A program made the translations under genes and the position numbers. A stretch of DNA of 64,000 bases, taken from Bugula neritina. Taxonomy: Eukaryota; Animalia; Bryozoa. The notes under the pieces are model-generated. The model was not told the origin of the DNA and did not search any database. It worked only from the letters and a program-made list of their open reading frames with translations. Below are positions 33,170 to 53,047 of this stretch, piece after piece (position 1 is the stretch's first letter; each line of letters opens with the position of its first letter). The DNA lies in the NCBI GenBank assembly GCA_964035545.1, contig OZ037765.1:28333504-28397503 (forward strand), given 5' to 3'.

Positions 33170-33550
33170 GCTTTCGTTTCAAGCGCAAACAAATAAAGTA
33201 ATTCTTATAGTAATAGTATAACTATAAATTGAATATCATGCTTAGGAATATTTATTGTAATAATTATAAATAATGATTTACGTTGAATAAATTTACAGCC
33301 TTTGATTTTGTAATCCTCGGCATTAGCGCTTTCTCCAAGATTACCAGGTTTCGGCGCTGGAGCGTTAGATCAACATTTTTCCGTTAAGATTATCGTTAAT
33401 TTTCAAAAGATTTTCGCCTTCATACACTAATTTGTACAAATGTGGCGAATCGAGCCAATACTTTATCACAGTTTTGCAATTTTGATCATCGTGGATATCA
33501 GCGTGATAGATCCCTGTAACCTTTTGGTGAATAGCCAATTACCAATTTAA
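33170..33550. promoter_or_regulatory. Probable bidirectional promoter core between USP (-) and URM1 (+)
   Basis: CpG-richer unique sequence between divergent genes, bracketed by simple-sequence tracts. Confidence 0.45.
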
Positions 33551-33554
33551 TTTG

Positions 33555-34050
33555 GTATTACTAATACTAATAGTGAACAGTCGAATGTACGCAAAAGCTC
33601 ACTGTCATCATTCTAACACTTCCATCTCACATTACATTACACTAGCCTAGCTGTAACTATAAGTCACTAAGAGTAAGTGTATTGCCCAATTGGAAAGTTT
33701 TCAAATAGTTCTACTTCTAGTTGTTATATTTAATTTTATAATCATTATGATAATGACTATGATATTCATATTGATTGTGATCATCATTATGGTAGAGCCG
33801 TAGAGGCTATCATAATGATTAATATCGATATGAATATGAAAATCAAAATGTAGTACTACAGTAGTACTAGTACTACTCTAGTACTAGTACTACTACTAGT
33901 ACTAGTAGTAGTAGTACTACTACTGCTCTACTAGTACTAGTAGCAATGTTTTACTTTATTCAAACTTTGATTTTAAAGTTAAACTTGAAAAATGTTTAAC
34001 GTTTACTTAAATGGTTAAGATTATTATTAATATTATGATTATGATTTTTG
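33555..34050. repeat. Phased ATN and ACT/AGT tract, right of the USP/URM1 promoter core
   Basis: atcattatgataatgactatgatattc; agtactagtactactactagtactagtagtagt. Confidence 0.85.
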
Positions 34051-34488
34051 TTATAATTTTCAAGACTCTTTCCTATGGCTGTTGCTTGTTTACTTATGGC
34101 ATTGCTCTATAGCCTCAATTAATATTATAGTGTAATTATGGGAATATTTCTTATTGTGGACTACTTTGAGTCAGTGATTATTAGTTTAGCCTCAATCTGT
34201 TGGACTAATAGATTTTCGTTTTGTTTTCCACTCTATTGTCTTACCTCTCTCCTGGTGGGGAATCTTCACATACTGATAGCAGCATTTGCTCAAGTTTAGT
34301 AACTTGTTTCAGTTCTTCATTGAAGTCTTGCTTTTGGCGGGTGTGATAAAAGGTTTTCAAAAAGTATTTGTACTTGTTGTTCCGTCTCCTGTTGGTTTTA
34401 CAGACAGGGTAAAAAATATTGTGCTCAGCAAGATGTTGACCTTTGATAATAGTCAATGTCCTCTAAAAATCTATTTCTGTATTTCAGC

Positions 34489-35060
34489 ATGTCTAATTTG
34501 TCTCTGATCCTGGAATTCAGTGGAGGGGCAGAATTATTGTTTGGAAATAAAAAATCCTTTGAAGTAGAGTTGCCTGGTGACAAAGAATGGACTATAAAAG
34601 AGCTGTTAATTTGGATCAAAGTATGTTTGCTATATTTATTTATTTTGCATGTCTGTTGAGTTATTAAAATTGCCAATAAATTACTCACTAAATTCGATAA
34701 ATCTGTACAGAATTTTTCTCCATTCCAATATTTTGCATAAAATTTTGATGGTATAACATTTACTGTTGACAACCAGTGGTGAAAGATCCTGAAACAATTA
34801 TTTACACATTTACCTTGCGTAATGTTATGGCTATTGGCTGCAGCCAATTTATGTGACGTTTTTCAACAGTGTTGAGTTATTGATTTTTGTAGGATAATAT
34901 CTTACAAGAGCGCCCAGATCTCTTTATTAGCGGAGATTCTGTGAGGCCTGGTATTTTAGTATTGATCAATGATACAGATTGGTTATTACTTGGAGACTTA
35001 TCTTATAACATACAAAATAGTGACAGAATAGTTTTTATTTCAACACTTCATGGAGGATAA
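34489..35060 (+). CDS. URM1: Ubiquitin-related modifier 1, 99 aa, 2 coding exons
   Basis: Exons 34489-34620 and 34893-35060; [11 protein letters not shown]...[24 protein letters not shown]...FISTLHGG*. Confidence 0.97.
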
Positions 35061-35699
35061 AACATCAAACCATAACAACTATAATAATAGTTTTTGTAAA
35101 ATTTTATATTTTTCAAGTCACAATACATTATATTGAGTTATTTTGTAAAGTTTCTAATAAGTTATAACATAATTAAAACCTTTAGGAAGTATACCATCAC
35201 AATATGAACATTTATATTCTTCTTACGCCATACTAATTTTGTTAAATTTTCATAATTATTTACTCAAAATTGAATTTTTTAATTGTAACTAAATCTGAAG
35301 CCTTCACAAAAGCATATTTTTATATTGAGATAGGCCGAGTCAAAAAATGGAGTTGTGACCGGAAAAAGGCTTACATGTAAACCTTTGTATAAGCCATTTT
35401 TATAGTATGTAAAAATGCCAGTGGAATAACCTTACATGTGCGTGTGTGATAGCTTACTAATATTATATTTTATTTTAGAAAGCTATCAATTTTAAAGCTG
35501 CAATAAATTTCATTTCATCTATGGGCAGGAACTGCTTCATACTAAAAAATAGGGAGTGACCAATCACAATGTAAATAGACACTTTTGTACAAATATAATA
35601 TATACAATATCATACACTAGCAATAATTTTCTATGCAATTTGCGTTAAACAACAACTAATATCAATGAGGAATTTTGTAACTATTACTGTCACACTGCA

Positions 35700-37079
35700 T
35701 TATTCTACTGCTGGCGGTATTTCTGCATCATTCATTATAAGACTGTGGATAATACCCTCTCTTCTTTTTCCACTGCTGACTGCTTTTATGCACAATTGTT
35801 GGTTGCCTATGTTGAAATGGGTTTCAGTACCATCATCTGTGAATTCACCCTGGTCAAAACAATGTGGTATGTGCAAATAATATATGTTGCTTTACTCACT
35901 ACTGCTGCACTGCCTGTATGCAAGAATAATGCTGTAAGACACCATTACATTGTTTAAGTCTGCGAAGTTATGACCAAATGTTCCATTTATCTACACTTCA
36001 CCTTGATGTTTGATAGCAAATTATTACATTGGTACTTAAACCAAACAGTTCAACTTGGTATTAAATTATTTTGCAAAAATTATCAACTTTTTTTTGGTGT
36101 TTCAAGTGCTAGAAATGAGGGTTTGGAAAAGTGACATCATCAACATATTGTGGTTTTATATCATTTGAATAATGTTAACTAAACAGTATTGCCATTATAT
36201 ACTTACTGATCCATCAGCTTTCACAACGTGCTACATGTTAGGCAAGCAGTAAAATGTACCCTATGTTCATTCATCTAATGTATGTTCACCGAAAGAAAAA
36301 TTTAACATTTTAGAAAGTTTGTATTCTTGTATGTGTGTCTTTTAAGTGTGTTAGTAATTTTGGCATAAATGTCTTCTTCGAGAATATTGATTTGTTAAAT
36401 TTATTGAAATTAAAAAAGTACTTACAGTAGACTCGACTTTTTGACCATTTACCCATACATCCAAGGTATCTTTTTCTGGAATAAAACCATAAGCAAAAAT
36501 CACAAAATTTCAAGTATAAAAATGTTTCAAATGATGAATATTCTATCAGCATAATAACTGATAATAGCATCTAGTAACTTGTCTCAGTCTATACTCTATA
36601 GTATTAGTAGATATAGTATATTAGACTTACCTAACACAATTCTCGTCATTATCCCATTTATTGGAATACACCAAGTATTTTCAATTTTTGATCGACTTTC
36701 AGTAAATTTTTCTAAAGGCTTTCCGGCAACTTCTAAAGTATATGCATATGAAAACCCATCGGACGCTTGGATAAATATTGCACAGTGCACTTTCTTCTTA
36801 CCAAGTTGAAATGTCTCTGAGCCAACCAACTTAAACATCCAGTCAATTCTGTATATCTCCTATGCACAAAAATAAAATTGCAATGTATAGGTAATTTGTA
36901 AAGAAGAACTTTAATATTTTAGTTCAAGAGATGATCTCAAGTTTGTGTAATATAATTATTACCTTTCCATTGACTCGGATAACTCTTTTGCCAGTAGTAG
37001 TGCCATGTTCAAATTCAATCAAATAGATTCCATCACTCAGAGGCACTTGCCATTGGGCAACTAAATCACTTGAAGCCAT
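35700..37079 (-). CDS. FAIM: Fas apoptotic inhibitory molecule 1, 181 aa, 4 coding exons
   Basis: Exons 36963-37079, 36631-36859, 36426-36475 and 35700-35849; DLVAQWQVPLSDG..IEFEHGTTTGKRVI, DWMFKLVG.ETF, RIVLEKDTLDVWVNG, GEFTDDGTETHF. Confidence 0.96.
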
Positions 37080-38349
37080 TATAGCCTAAAATGTATTGTA
37101 AGTGTAGCAATGTTTTTGCTGCTGCTGATGAGACCTTAACCCACTAGTTGGGAACGCAGGCTTGATAATTTGCATAGTTTTCTTCAGTCTAGATAGATGA
37201 TCTTTGTTCAGGATAAAATACATCAGTAAAATGCTGCTACTAGACACTAGCTCTATTCATAGCTAGAGTATATTTGTCTGTAAACTAGAAGGGGGCATTC
37301 TGTGTTAGCCTATATAACTGGCTCAACACTTAATTATGAGCCTAAAATTTTAAAATGCCTATTAGCACGTATACATTCATGGAAAATTAGCATTTTTATG
37401 GAAAAGGAAATATCTAACAATTTTGTGAATTTCAAACAGCAAAACTCAATAAAATTGTTTTTTTCAACAGGCACCGGCATTTATTTGTTTTTGATTTTCT
37501 ATAATTGATGCATTCTTTCAAAAATAATTACTAGAAGGCAATTAAGTACCTAAAGGAATGCTTTTACATCAAACTGTTTCTTAACTTGGTAAAGTAGTGG
37601 TAAGATATCTAGTTTGCCTTTCTGGAATGAGACAAAAGTTGAAAAGTGAGCATATTTAAAAATAGTAATTCAGTCTGTTAAATTTATTACTACACTCATT
37701 GACTTTTAGTTCAACATACACTTACAGGCAGCAAAAAATTGAGTTGGTAATTATGTAAGGTATTTTAAAGTTTTAATTTAGAAAATAATAGGTTGAAGAT
37801 GATGCCCATTAAAAATTATCTTTTATTTTATCAGGCACTAAGTATAGTTATTTTATATTTTCAATTAATAATTTTACAACTTCATCTTATCTGATAATCA
37901 TATTATATTGTTACATATATTAGTAATCTAATATTGAGTAATAGTTTGAAGCTAAACCTAAAAGTATTGACATAGTCTTGTGAATTGTGCATATTTATTA
38001 AATAACAGTAAGTAGTAATATATCAATAATAAAATAATGTCATTAAAATAATAGCTACAAATAAAAAAATATCCTAAAGGTCAATTTAGTTCATTTCATA
38101 AAATTTACTGGACCAAATTCAATCAAACAGATGCCATCACTTTTGGTAATTGCTAGTATTATTGTCGATCATGTTAGTATGCTTTTATAAATATATGGAT
38201 AAGCTTTAAACTTGGCTTAGGATAAAAATACTCAAATAGTTATAAAAACGTTTAATTAGTATACTTTGCTACCATTACTCTATCAATAGTCATAGTCATA
38301 GTGATACTGATACTCATACTGAGAGTGATACTAATAGTTGTGGTGTAAC

Positions 38350-38990
38350 TTTAGTTCTAGAAACTAAATGAATTGCTAATTAATCAAGTAAACTTTTATA
38401 TAAAGGCTAACCAGCGTTTTATGGTGTTTTAAATTTTTAGGATTTCATTGCAATTTTGTAAAGCTAAATCGTAGCGTTCCAGTTTGTTTCTGAATACAAG
38501 AGTAGCTTTTGGAGTTCACAAATCGGAGTGGAGATGTTGTCAATGAAGCTATCGCAACAATAAATATGTAGTAGTATCCGTGAATGTTACTCTCAATTAA
38601 TGATTTTGTTGAATGCAATTTTTAAATCAAATTAATAAAATTGTTTTTTAAACAATATAAATAAAAATAATTTAATTTCAAATCAATTCTACATAAAACT
38701 GCTTTTAATTATGTAAATTAAAAAGTGCAGTGCATTTAGGAAAGCAACTCTTAATTTTATTATAATTCGATTTATTAAAATGTAATATTTCAATGGCATT
38801 TTCGCTTTCAGTTTGTCACCAACTATATTGTAACTATTGCAAGCCAAGAGTAAGTCTACAATAATGCACAATCGGTGAATCACTGTAATGATCGTAGTCA
38901 AAAACCTGTAAAAAATTAAAACACCCTCGTTAAAATATTTGAATTATATTTTGATAAATAAGCCCATAACCGAAACCAACCCCAATCCCA
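38350..38990. promoter_or_regulatory. Probable bidirectional promoter/first-exon region between FAIM (-) and LZTR1 (+)
   Basis: Between divergent genes, CpG-richer patches, bracketed by hexamer tracts at 38270-38340 and 38990-39480. Confidence 0.4.
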
Positions 38991-39480
38991 ACAGACTGAG
39001 ACAGTCACACTCGCACTGGTAGTGGTAGTGGTATCCGGATAACTGTCTAAGTATAACGTATTGGAAGAGTCATTGGTAATCTGAATCATAATGGCAATGA
39101 ATAATGATTATTATAACTATAATCATAATAATAAATAATGTTATTAAATTAAAAGATTCACCCAAGTCTTAGTCATATGTGATAAGTTAAAAAAAGATGA
39201 TATTACTATTAGTATTAGTATTACTATTAGTTATAATTAAAATTATAATATTATTTATTTATTAATAATTTAATTTATTTATTAGTATTACTATTAATTG
39301 TTTATTAGTGTTAGTGTTAAACTTAATGTTTTTAGTTATTAATATAAGTATAACTATTGCCTATTAGTATTACTCATACTGATACTCATACTCATAGTCA
39401 TAGCCTACTAAAGTACTATTTTATTGAATTTCATACATGATGATGATACATGATCATTACTGATTACTCATTGCTGTCAC
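38990..39480. repeat. Phased low-complexity tract in the LZTR1 5' region
   Basis: actattagtattagtattactattag; actcatactgatactcatactcatagtcat. Confidence 0.8.
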
Positions 39481-39947
39481 ATGAGAAATCATTAATCATA
39501 ATATAAATAATTAATAGATTAATTTAAATCATCAATGGCTAAAACTAAAAAAAGTAGAGTTAATTTAATGGCTTGCTCTGAGAAAATACTAAGATTGTCA
39601 TTAAGTTTAATGATTATCTTTAACTTCAAAAATAACTCTAAAAGTATTAGTATAAATTTGCTTAACCATTGATTTTAAATCAGTCTTCAATTCTTGGATT
39701 TGATTAAAATACTTTGACCTTTAATAAACTGCTTGAGTTGTATTGACTTCCGTATGATAAGTGTTGTTTGCTTTCAACTTTACCTTACACTGGATTATTA
39801 AATATTACTAACAGCTTAAGTATCATGAGTGCAAGTTATATCAATGTCAATTGTTATCTAACTATAGTTGTAAGCTCATGCTATTGGATTTGTAGCTTTG
39901 CAATTGTGCAGGAAAATGTAGTTGCTGTTTACAAGAAAGTTTTCCCA

Positions 39948-46598
<6,651 letters not shown>

Positions 46599-48010
46599 TG
46601 TAGCAAAGAGGCCGACAGAAATTTACTTTTTCGAAAACTAGTCGTTGCATTTTTTTAAATTTTGCTTTTCTATTCAAATTTATCTTTTGAAAGTTTGTTA
46701 AATATTGCAATTTGCCATTGATTTGGAAAAAAATTAAAAGTTACAAGCATGCATTATGCTGTTTAAAATGAAGAGACGACAACTACAGGTCACTGGATAA
46801 GTGAGGAAATATTATTTAGCATTCTACAGCCTGGTTGTTGGGGTGTATAAATGTAATTAAAAGGAGGTAAAGTTTAGCTGAAGCTGACTTGTTTCTAAAT
46901 ATTATTAATCTACGGGGCTTTCTGAATGTAACTTGTCATGTATTTAATGCCTTCATATAAAGTTAGTAATTTTATGACACCAGTTTGAGACTGAGCAGTT
47001 GGTGTATTATAACTCAATCAGTAGCAACAAGTGAGAATTTTATTCTATTTTTATACATAAATATATGTTAGTCATTATACTTAACTAATTTATACTTTTT
47101 CCTCAGCATGTAATAAAGTTTTCATATTATATAACAACTGTGGGTTCTCTATAGTTCCTGCAACACATAGTTTGTTATATAGAGCTTTTCATTTTTGTCT
47201 AAACTTCTTACCCAATCTGTTTGACTTTTTCTAGAATAGTGATGTGTATTATAGTCATCAGAGAATTGATTTTGTTATTATGAATGCAAAATTCTTTACA
47301 TTTGCTTTATAAAAATAAACAAAATTTTAAAAACAATGGATGCTTAAAAGATTTCTTCAATATTTTATATGAATACAAGGTTGGTTAAGTGAAGTGCTCC
47401 AGCTTGAATCTGTAGCCGAAGAAACGTTAAACTGTGAATTTCTACAAAATAATGTTGGCATTTTTTATCAGTAATTTCTGATATAGTTTGACCAGAGTGA
47501 TAGTTATCAATTATCATTGATGCAAGCATTTGTCACTAACCTAGATACGCTATGCAAGGATACTACAATCTTTAATGGTACTCTACCCAAAACATATTAA
47601 GTTATTAAGCACACATGGTTTAGTTTATCTGCAAATGGAATGCTACGAATTTGGGGTTATAGAACCAAATTATTTTTAAAGCAATGATAATATGCTATAG
47701 TCTTGCAATTTATAACGTTATAATGAATCATTATGTAACTGTACATAAATGTTATATACAATATGTTACACTAGCATGGGAGGTTTTGGTTTCTTTCCTA
47801 CAATATTTTCTATTAGGAGCCTTCATAAACTTAGTATGTATTTCAAACGTTATAAAAGATTATTGAAAACACATCCTCTCATATTGCAAAATGGATTTAA
47901 ACTATTTTCAGAGTTTGTAAACACTTTGAACTTTGGCTGTCAAAAGATATCCGGAGCAATGCAATAGCTTTGTATTTGATAGCAGTTGGTGGAGGCTATG
48001 AAAAATAATT

Positions 48011-48080
48011 GCCCCCACTGGGAATCGAACCCGAGTCCTCTAGCTTGCAAGCAAGTGTGCTACCATTACACCACATACAA
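48011..48080 (-). pseudogene. tRNA-derived relic (tRNA pseudogene or SINE head; Gly/Ala-like)
   Basis: Minus strand TGGTGTAATGGTAGCAC (A box/D arm) and GGGTTCGATTCCC (B box/T arm); anticodon loop is 6 nt and the acceptor stem does not pair. Confidence 0.75.
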
Positions 48081-51000
48081 CTGTTAGTAACGAAACAGTT
48101 CCATTTACTATAAAATAGCATTTATATATAGGTATGATCAGTTCTAAATTCTAATAATAGTCCAGGCAGTAGTAATTAACTTTGTTGAATTGGGTTTTAG
48201 ATAGATTTTGAAATTGTATAATACTGAACTATTTGACTACTACAAGTACAAACATCCTTTATTAGTAGTCAAGTTGTTATCTGCAATAAATTGTTCAAGG
48301 TAAAAACAAAGTACTAAAAATTAAGAAAATATCCCATGAAATTAACATATTTTGGAAATAAATATTTATACCAAGAATTCAACTGTAGAACTATTAAAAC
48401 CAAATGCTATAATTTCATCTTGTTGGAAAAATAATTATTTTAGTGGAAACTTGATTTATTTTTATATTTTATGTAACGTTGAAAGCTGATCAGAGATTGT
48501 GTTAGACCAAGTGATTATCTCTCTAATAAAAAGAGCAAACTGATTGAGAGAAATTGACAGCACTTATTTATGAATATAGAGAAGAAATGTTTATAGGATA
48601 GCAAATAGACTATGGAGTATCAACTTACACCTTTTAATATGAAGATAAAGTACTCAACTTGTGTAGTAATTCTCAATGTATTGATAGTGAAAACCCGACA
48701 ATAAATTATGCTGTATTGACAAATACACAAATAGATTCTCTATGTAAACGTGTCACACTGAATTATAAATTAATCAACAAGCATTCTTTTAATTCAGATT
48801 TGAGTTGACTTAATATCGCCAAGGGCCCTTGACTACTGCATTTCTGCATTGGCCTACGTAGCTGAGCTGTACATCAAGTGTGTACAGTGAGCTTAGAATG
48901 GCTGACTGACCACGCGGATTATGTTATGGGATATGTCCTTAACCCGGCTTACACCTGTTGAGCAACTTATCTTTTCAATTGGATTAAAACTTTTTCACAC
49001 TTTAAAAGCATTTTAAACATATTATCCGCATAAATAATTTGGAATGAATCAAGACTGTAAATATTAAAGGCACCATCTTGTGTCTAATAATTTTGGGCAT
49101 TCTCTGCTACATGCTAGCCCATACATAGCATGCGTATTGTAAAAGTTGAGTAAAAGGTCTGTATATTATGATCGCTGAGACAAATGGTAAAAAATTGCAC
49201 ATCTACAAAAAATATTGAAACTTTTTCTTTAGCTATTCATTATTCGTTATGCAAGTGCAATCAAAACCGCTTCAAAAATACATGCAAGCTATTATAAAAG
49301 CCTCCTAGATATTTTTATCTACAATTTTCTAGAATAAATAAAGTTATTTTAAAGCTTAATGGGTTGACTAGTGTAAGCGTAGGAATACTTATTTCGATTG
49401 GTGGGTTTAGCTTATATTATAACAAAATACGGCTAAGTTGTATAAATGATAGGTGTTATGTACAAGCTAATTATTGAATATTGTTGTGACTAACAGAACA
49501 CATTATGCTAACCTGTAAACAAAAAACAAATTTTATAGAAATGATAAGTTTGAAAAAAATTCACCAGGAAGATTTCAAGACTTTTATATCACTTAAACTG
49601 ATATAATTAGGCTTCAAGACTCAAGTAATATCCTCCAGTATAGAACTAGTTCATAGTACACCATAAAACACATTTAATAGCACAGTGCAATGTTATAGAA
49701 CATTTACCTGCCAGGTAATATTGCCAACAGCAAATGACATTAAAAACTGCTTATGTATTATTCAGTAAAGCCTTGCTTATAAAATATAAGGTAGCAATGC
49801 AAAGCTACTTTTAGAGAAATTAAATAAGTTAAATTCATATTATTTTGCACTGAATTAGTTGGTCTGTCAACTTGTACATGAATGTAATAATAAGTAGTCA
49901 CGATTTGAAATTAACGGTTTTTTCATGTGTAAAAACATAGCTGCAATTGTTTATACTTGCTATAAAAGTATTTTTATTATAATTGTAATAGGCAATATTA
50001 CCATATATAAACCAAATACATATAATGCAAGCACCTACAGTTTTTATATCTTACTTTTAGTACAGGCAAGCTAAATTACACACTTGATTTATTGGTCTTA
50101 CTAGATAAAAATTTTGTACTACATATCAAGTTTATTGATACCTTAATATAAGGCCAACAATACCAAGAAACTAGTACAAGTGAAGAATGATTTGTACTAT
50201 ATGAACTACTGTAAATGAATTAGTTGATAACTTTTATAGGTAAATATTAACAATAAAATGCAGCTTAAAAAGCTCACTTCTCAAATGTTTCAGTCATTTA
50301 ATTAATTATTAAAGTATGTTCCCATACTATGTTATAATTACATATAAATTAAGTCCTTGCAATTGATTATTTACTATAGTCCACATTCAGATGGGTGCAG
50401 ATTGTGTGTATATTATATGTAGCTCATTGCTTATAGACATAGTAAAGCATTGCCTGCTCAATGCATTGACTACATATTATTCTAGCTGCATCTAAGATGA
50501 TTGGCACTTTGGCCTCTTCTAAACTGCATTTTGAACGCAGTGTCATTTAGTTTGAATTTTTAAAAAGAGAATTTTTTTGTTTGTTATAGTTTTATTTTTT
50601 TAGTTTGAATAAGTGGTTGCATAGCAAAAACATTGTGATTTCTACTTGAAATATAATTTTTTCCCTAAAAATTTGTAAACCAGTTTTAGTTTACTTCATT
50701 GTATTGTAAAATAGCTATAAAGTGCTTTGAAACTAAAATTGTATATACGTAAACTAATTGACTATGTTGTAGATTCATTTGTTTGGTTGAAAACAATTAA
50801 CAAAATTTCTAGATTTGAAATCAATGTTTAGAAGTGATTATAAAGTCATACAGAGACAGTAATATTTGCGCTCATATTACAAGTAGTGATAATTGAAATG
50901 TTTCAACATTATCAATCAAAGCCCATGAGTTGTTGCAGCAAGCAGATTAATCAAGTGGCGGCTATGGTTTGTGATCTCGCATCATGTCTGTAATACTTTT

Positions 51001-53047
51001 AACATATTATCAAATAAAGACATAATTGCAATATGAATAAGTTCTAGAATTCATGGTAATCTTGACTAGATAATGAAACCTATAGTCTACTTGCTGTATA
51101 TACACATAATATTTCAAGGTGTTTTAAATTGCCATCAATAGTTGTCCTAAGTATTCATAAAATAATATTACCAAACAGATGAAATTAATGCCGACTCATC
51201 AACAATCTCTTAAGTTTAGAGCTGCAAATACTCAACAACTTAATTGGTTGTAAAAACTGGCAATAAGTACAATAACGGCCATTCAAGAGGACTATATCAC
51301 ATCATATTACCAGCTATATGTCACCATCTAGTAATGAAGGGTTTATACAAATGAAATTGGAATGTTGCTGCGTTTGCACTGATAGAAAAATATTTTGTGG
51401 CCCTTATAACTCAACAGACGCTATGAAAAAGTAAAATATGTATCAACTATCTGTTGTAGCAATATGTTTAGCTTGAGAAAACAATACAAAATTAGCTTCA
51501 GACTATATATAAAAATCAGTATGCTCATTTAATACTGTTACAGTGTTAGAAATGCTGAAATTGAAACTTAATGATCATGCCTAATAAATTGATTAAAATA
51601 CTTCTAAGCTATTTTGACTTTTATACTTTGAGATTTTACTGGGAAAAAATGAAAACACCTTTGTTTCTTTGTAAAATTATTAAATTTTCTATGAAAATTT
51701 TTTTGGCTTTTATAAAACATAATGATGTTGTGTTTGTGTTGAATTATTACCTCATTTTCAACACGTCATTGTAGATTTATATAGACTTGATATTTTCCAA
51801 GACTTGTAAGGCATTTGTTGTGCTCAGCAGAATGTTTTCTCAATATGTAACAGAATAAACATAGATTAGATGGATGTCATTTGAGTTACTTAATTCTTAC
51901 TCATGTAACAATTATAATTACTATTAAACAATATAGAAATTGTTTGGAGCTGGAAATTTTCAAGATTAGTTATACCCACAATCTACGCAAAAACATTGAC
52001 AGCTAGGCTATAAATGATAGATTTTATTATGACAATCAGCACATGATCATTGAGATCAGCACAGCAGTATTTTTCGAATTTCTGCAAAGACCTTTTTGTC
52101 ACAATAATTTTCACACTTCACATTACAGAGCATTGATCATTGTTTTAAGCATCACCACTAACAAATCTTACATGCAAATTTTTAACTTGCATCTTGATTA
52201 AACAATTTATATATAACATGTAGCTCTTTACTTTGAATATGCAACACAAAAAATGTGTTTTGGATGACTTATTTACTAATACAGTTTTAAAAAATAATTA
52301 TAGTTAGTATGTTTTTTACTGATCATGCTTTATAGTATTGTTTTATTTGTTGCAATTGTGCTACCTTTGATATATAATAATGTATTAATGGTCACTAAAA
52401 ATAGGGCTTTTATTTTATATACAACATTAGAGTGACCATGTAAATGTGTGTCTGCAACTGTAATATCCCTCATACACACATGCACATACAACACAAACAC
52501 AAGCACACACAACACAAACACAAGCAGACACAACACAATGAGTTTGATCAAAAGCAGTGCTTTATTACTTTACAACATTGACATTGGCAAAATTTATATT
52601 TGGTAAATAATTGTCTCAAAACTATTTAAAGATTGAAAAGATTTTAATTTGCACCATTAAATTATTCTAAAATATTTCAATTATATAACTCACTCATAGT
52701 TTCCAAGTTAATAATAATCATTACTGTATTTACACAAAGTTGAGCATCAGCAACATTGTGCTTTTCAAAATGTTGGATTTAAATTCAATTGCTAAACTGT
52801 GAAGGTCATCTGCAAAAGTTTGTAGCCATTAAAATGGGACTACATTACTTCAAGAATGTTTTAGATTGATCACATGGTAATGCTTCTTAGCCAATCAGAG
52901 TATAGTATAGTATGAGAAACTTTGTAAATAAATAATAGTATTCTTTGTAATACTATCTAAGAAGGCTAAAATGCTTGTTCGTGTATGCTGATATACGGAT
53001 TATATATCTTTGAAAAATCACATACTTCCTATTATTTCATTTTTGAA

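Noticed and set aside
34241-34507. ORFs upstream of URM1 on both strands, one ending at a good minus-strand donor (AG|GTAAGA)
   Set aside because: No recognisable homology and no convincing downstream coding exon; could be UTR or antisense exon but unsupported
48011-48080. Functional tRNA gene
   Set aside because: Acceptor stem unpaired and anticodon loop of wrong length
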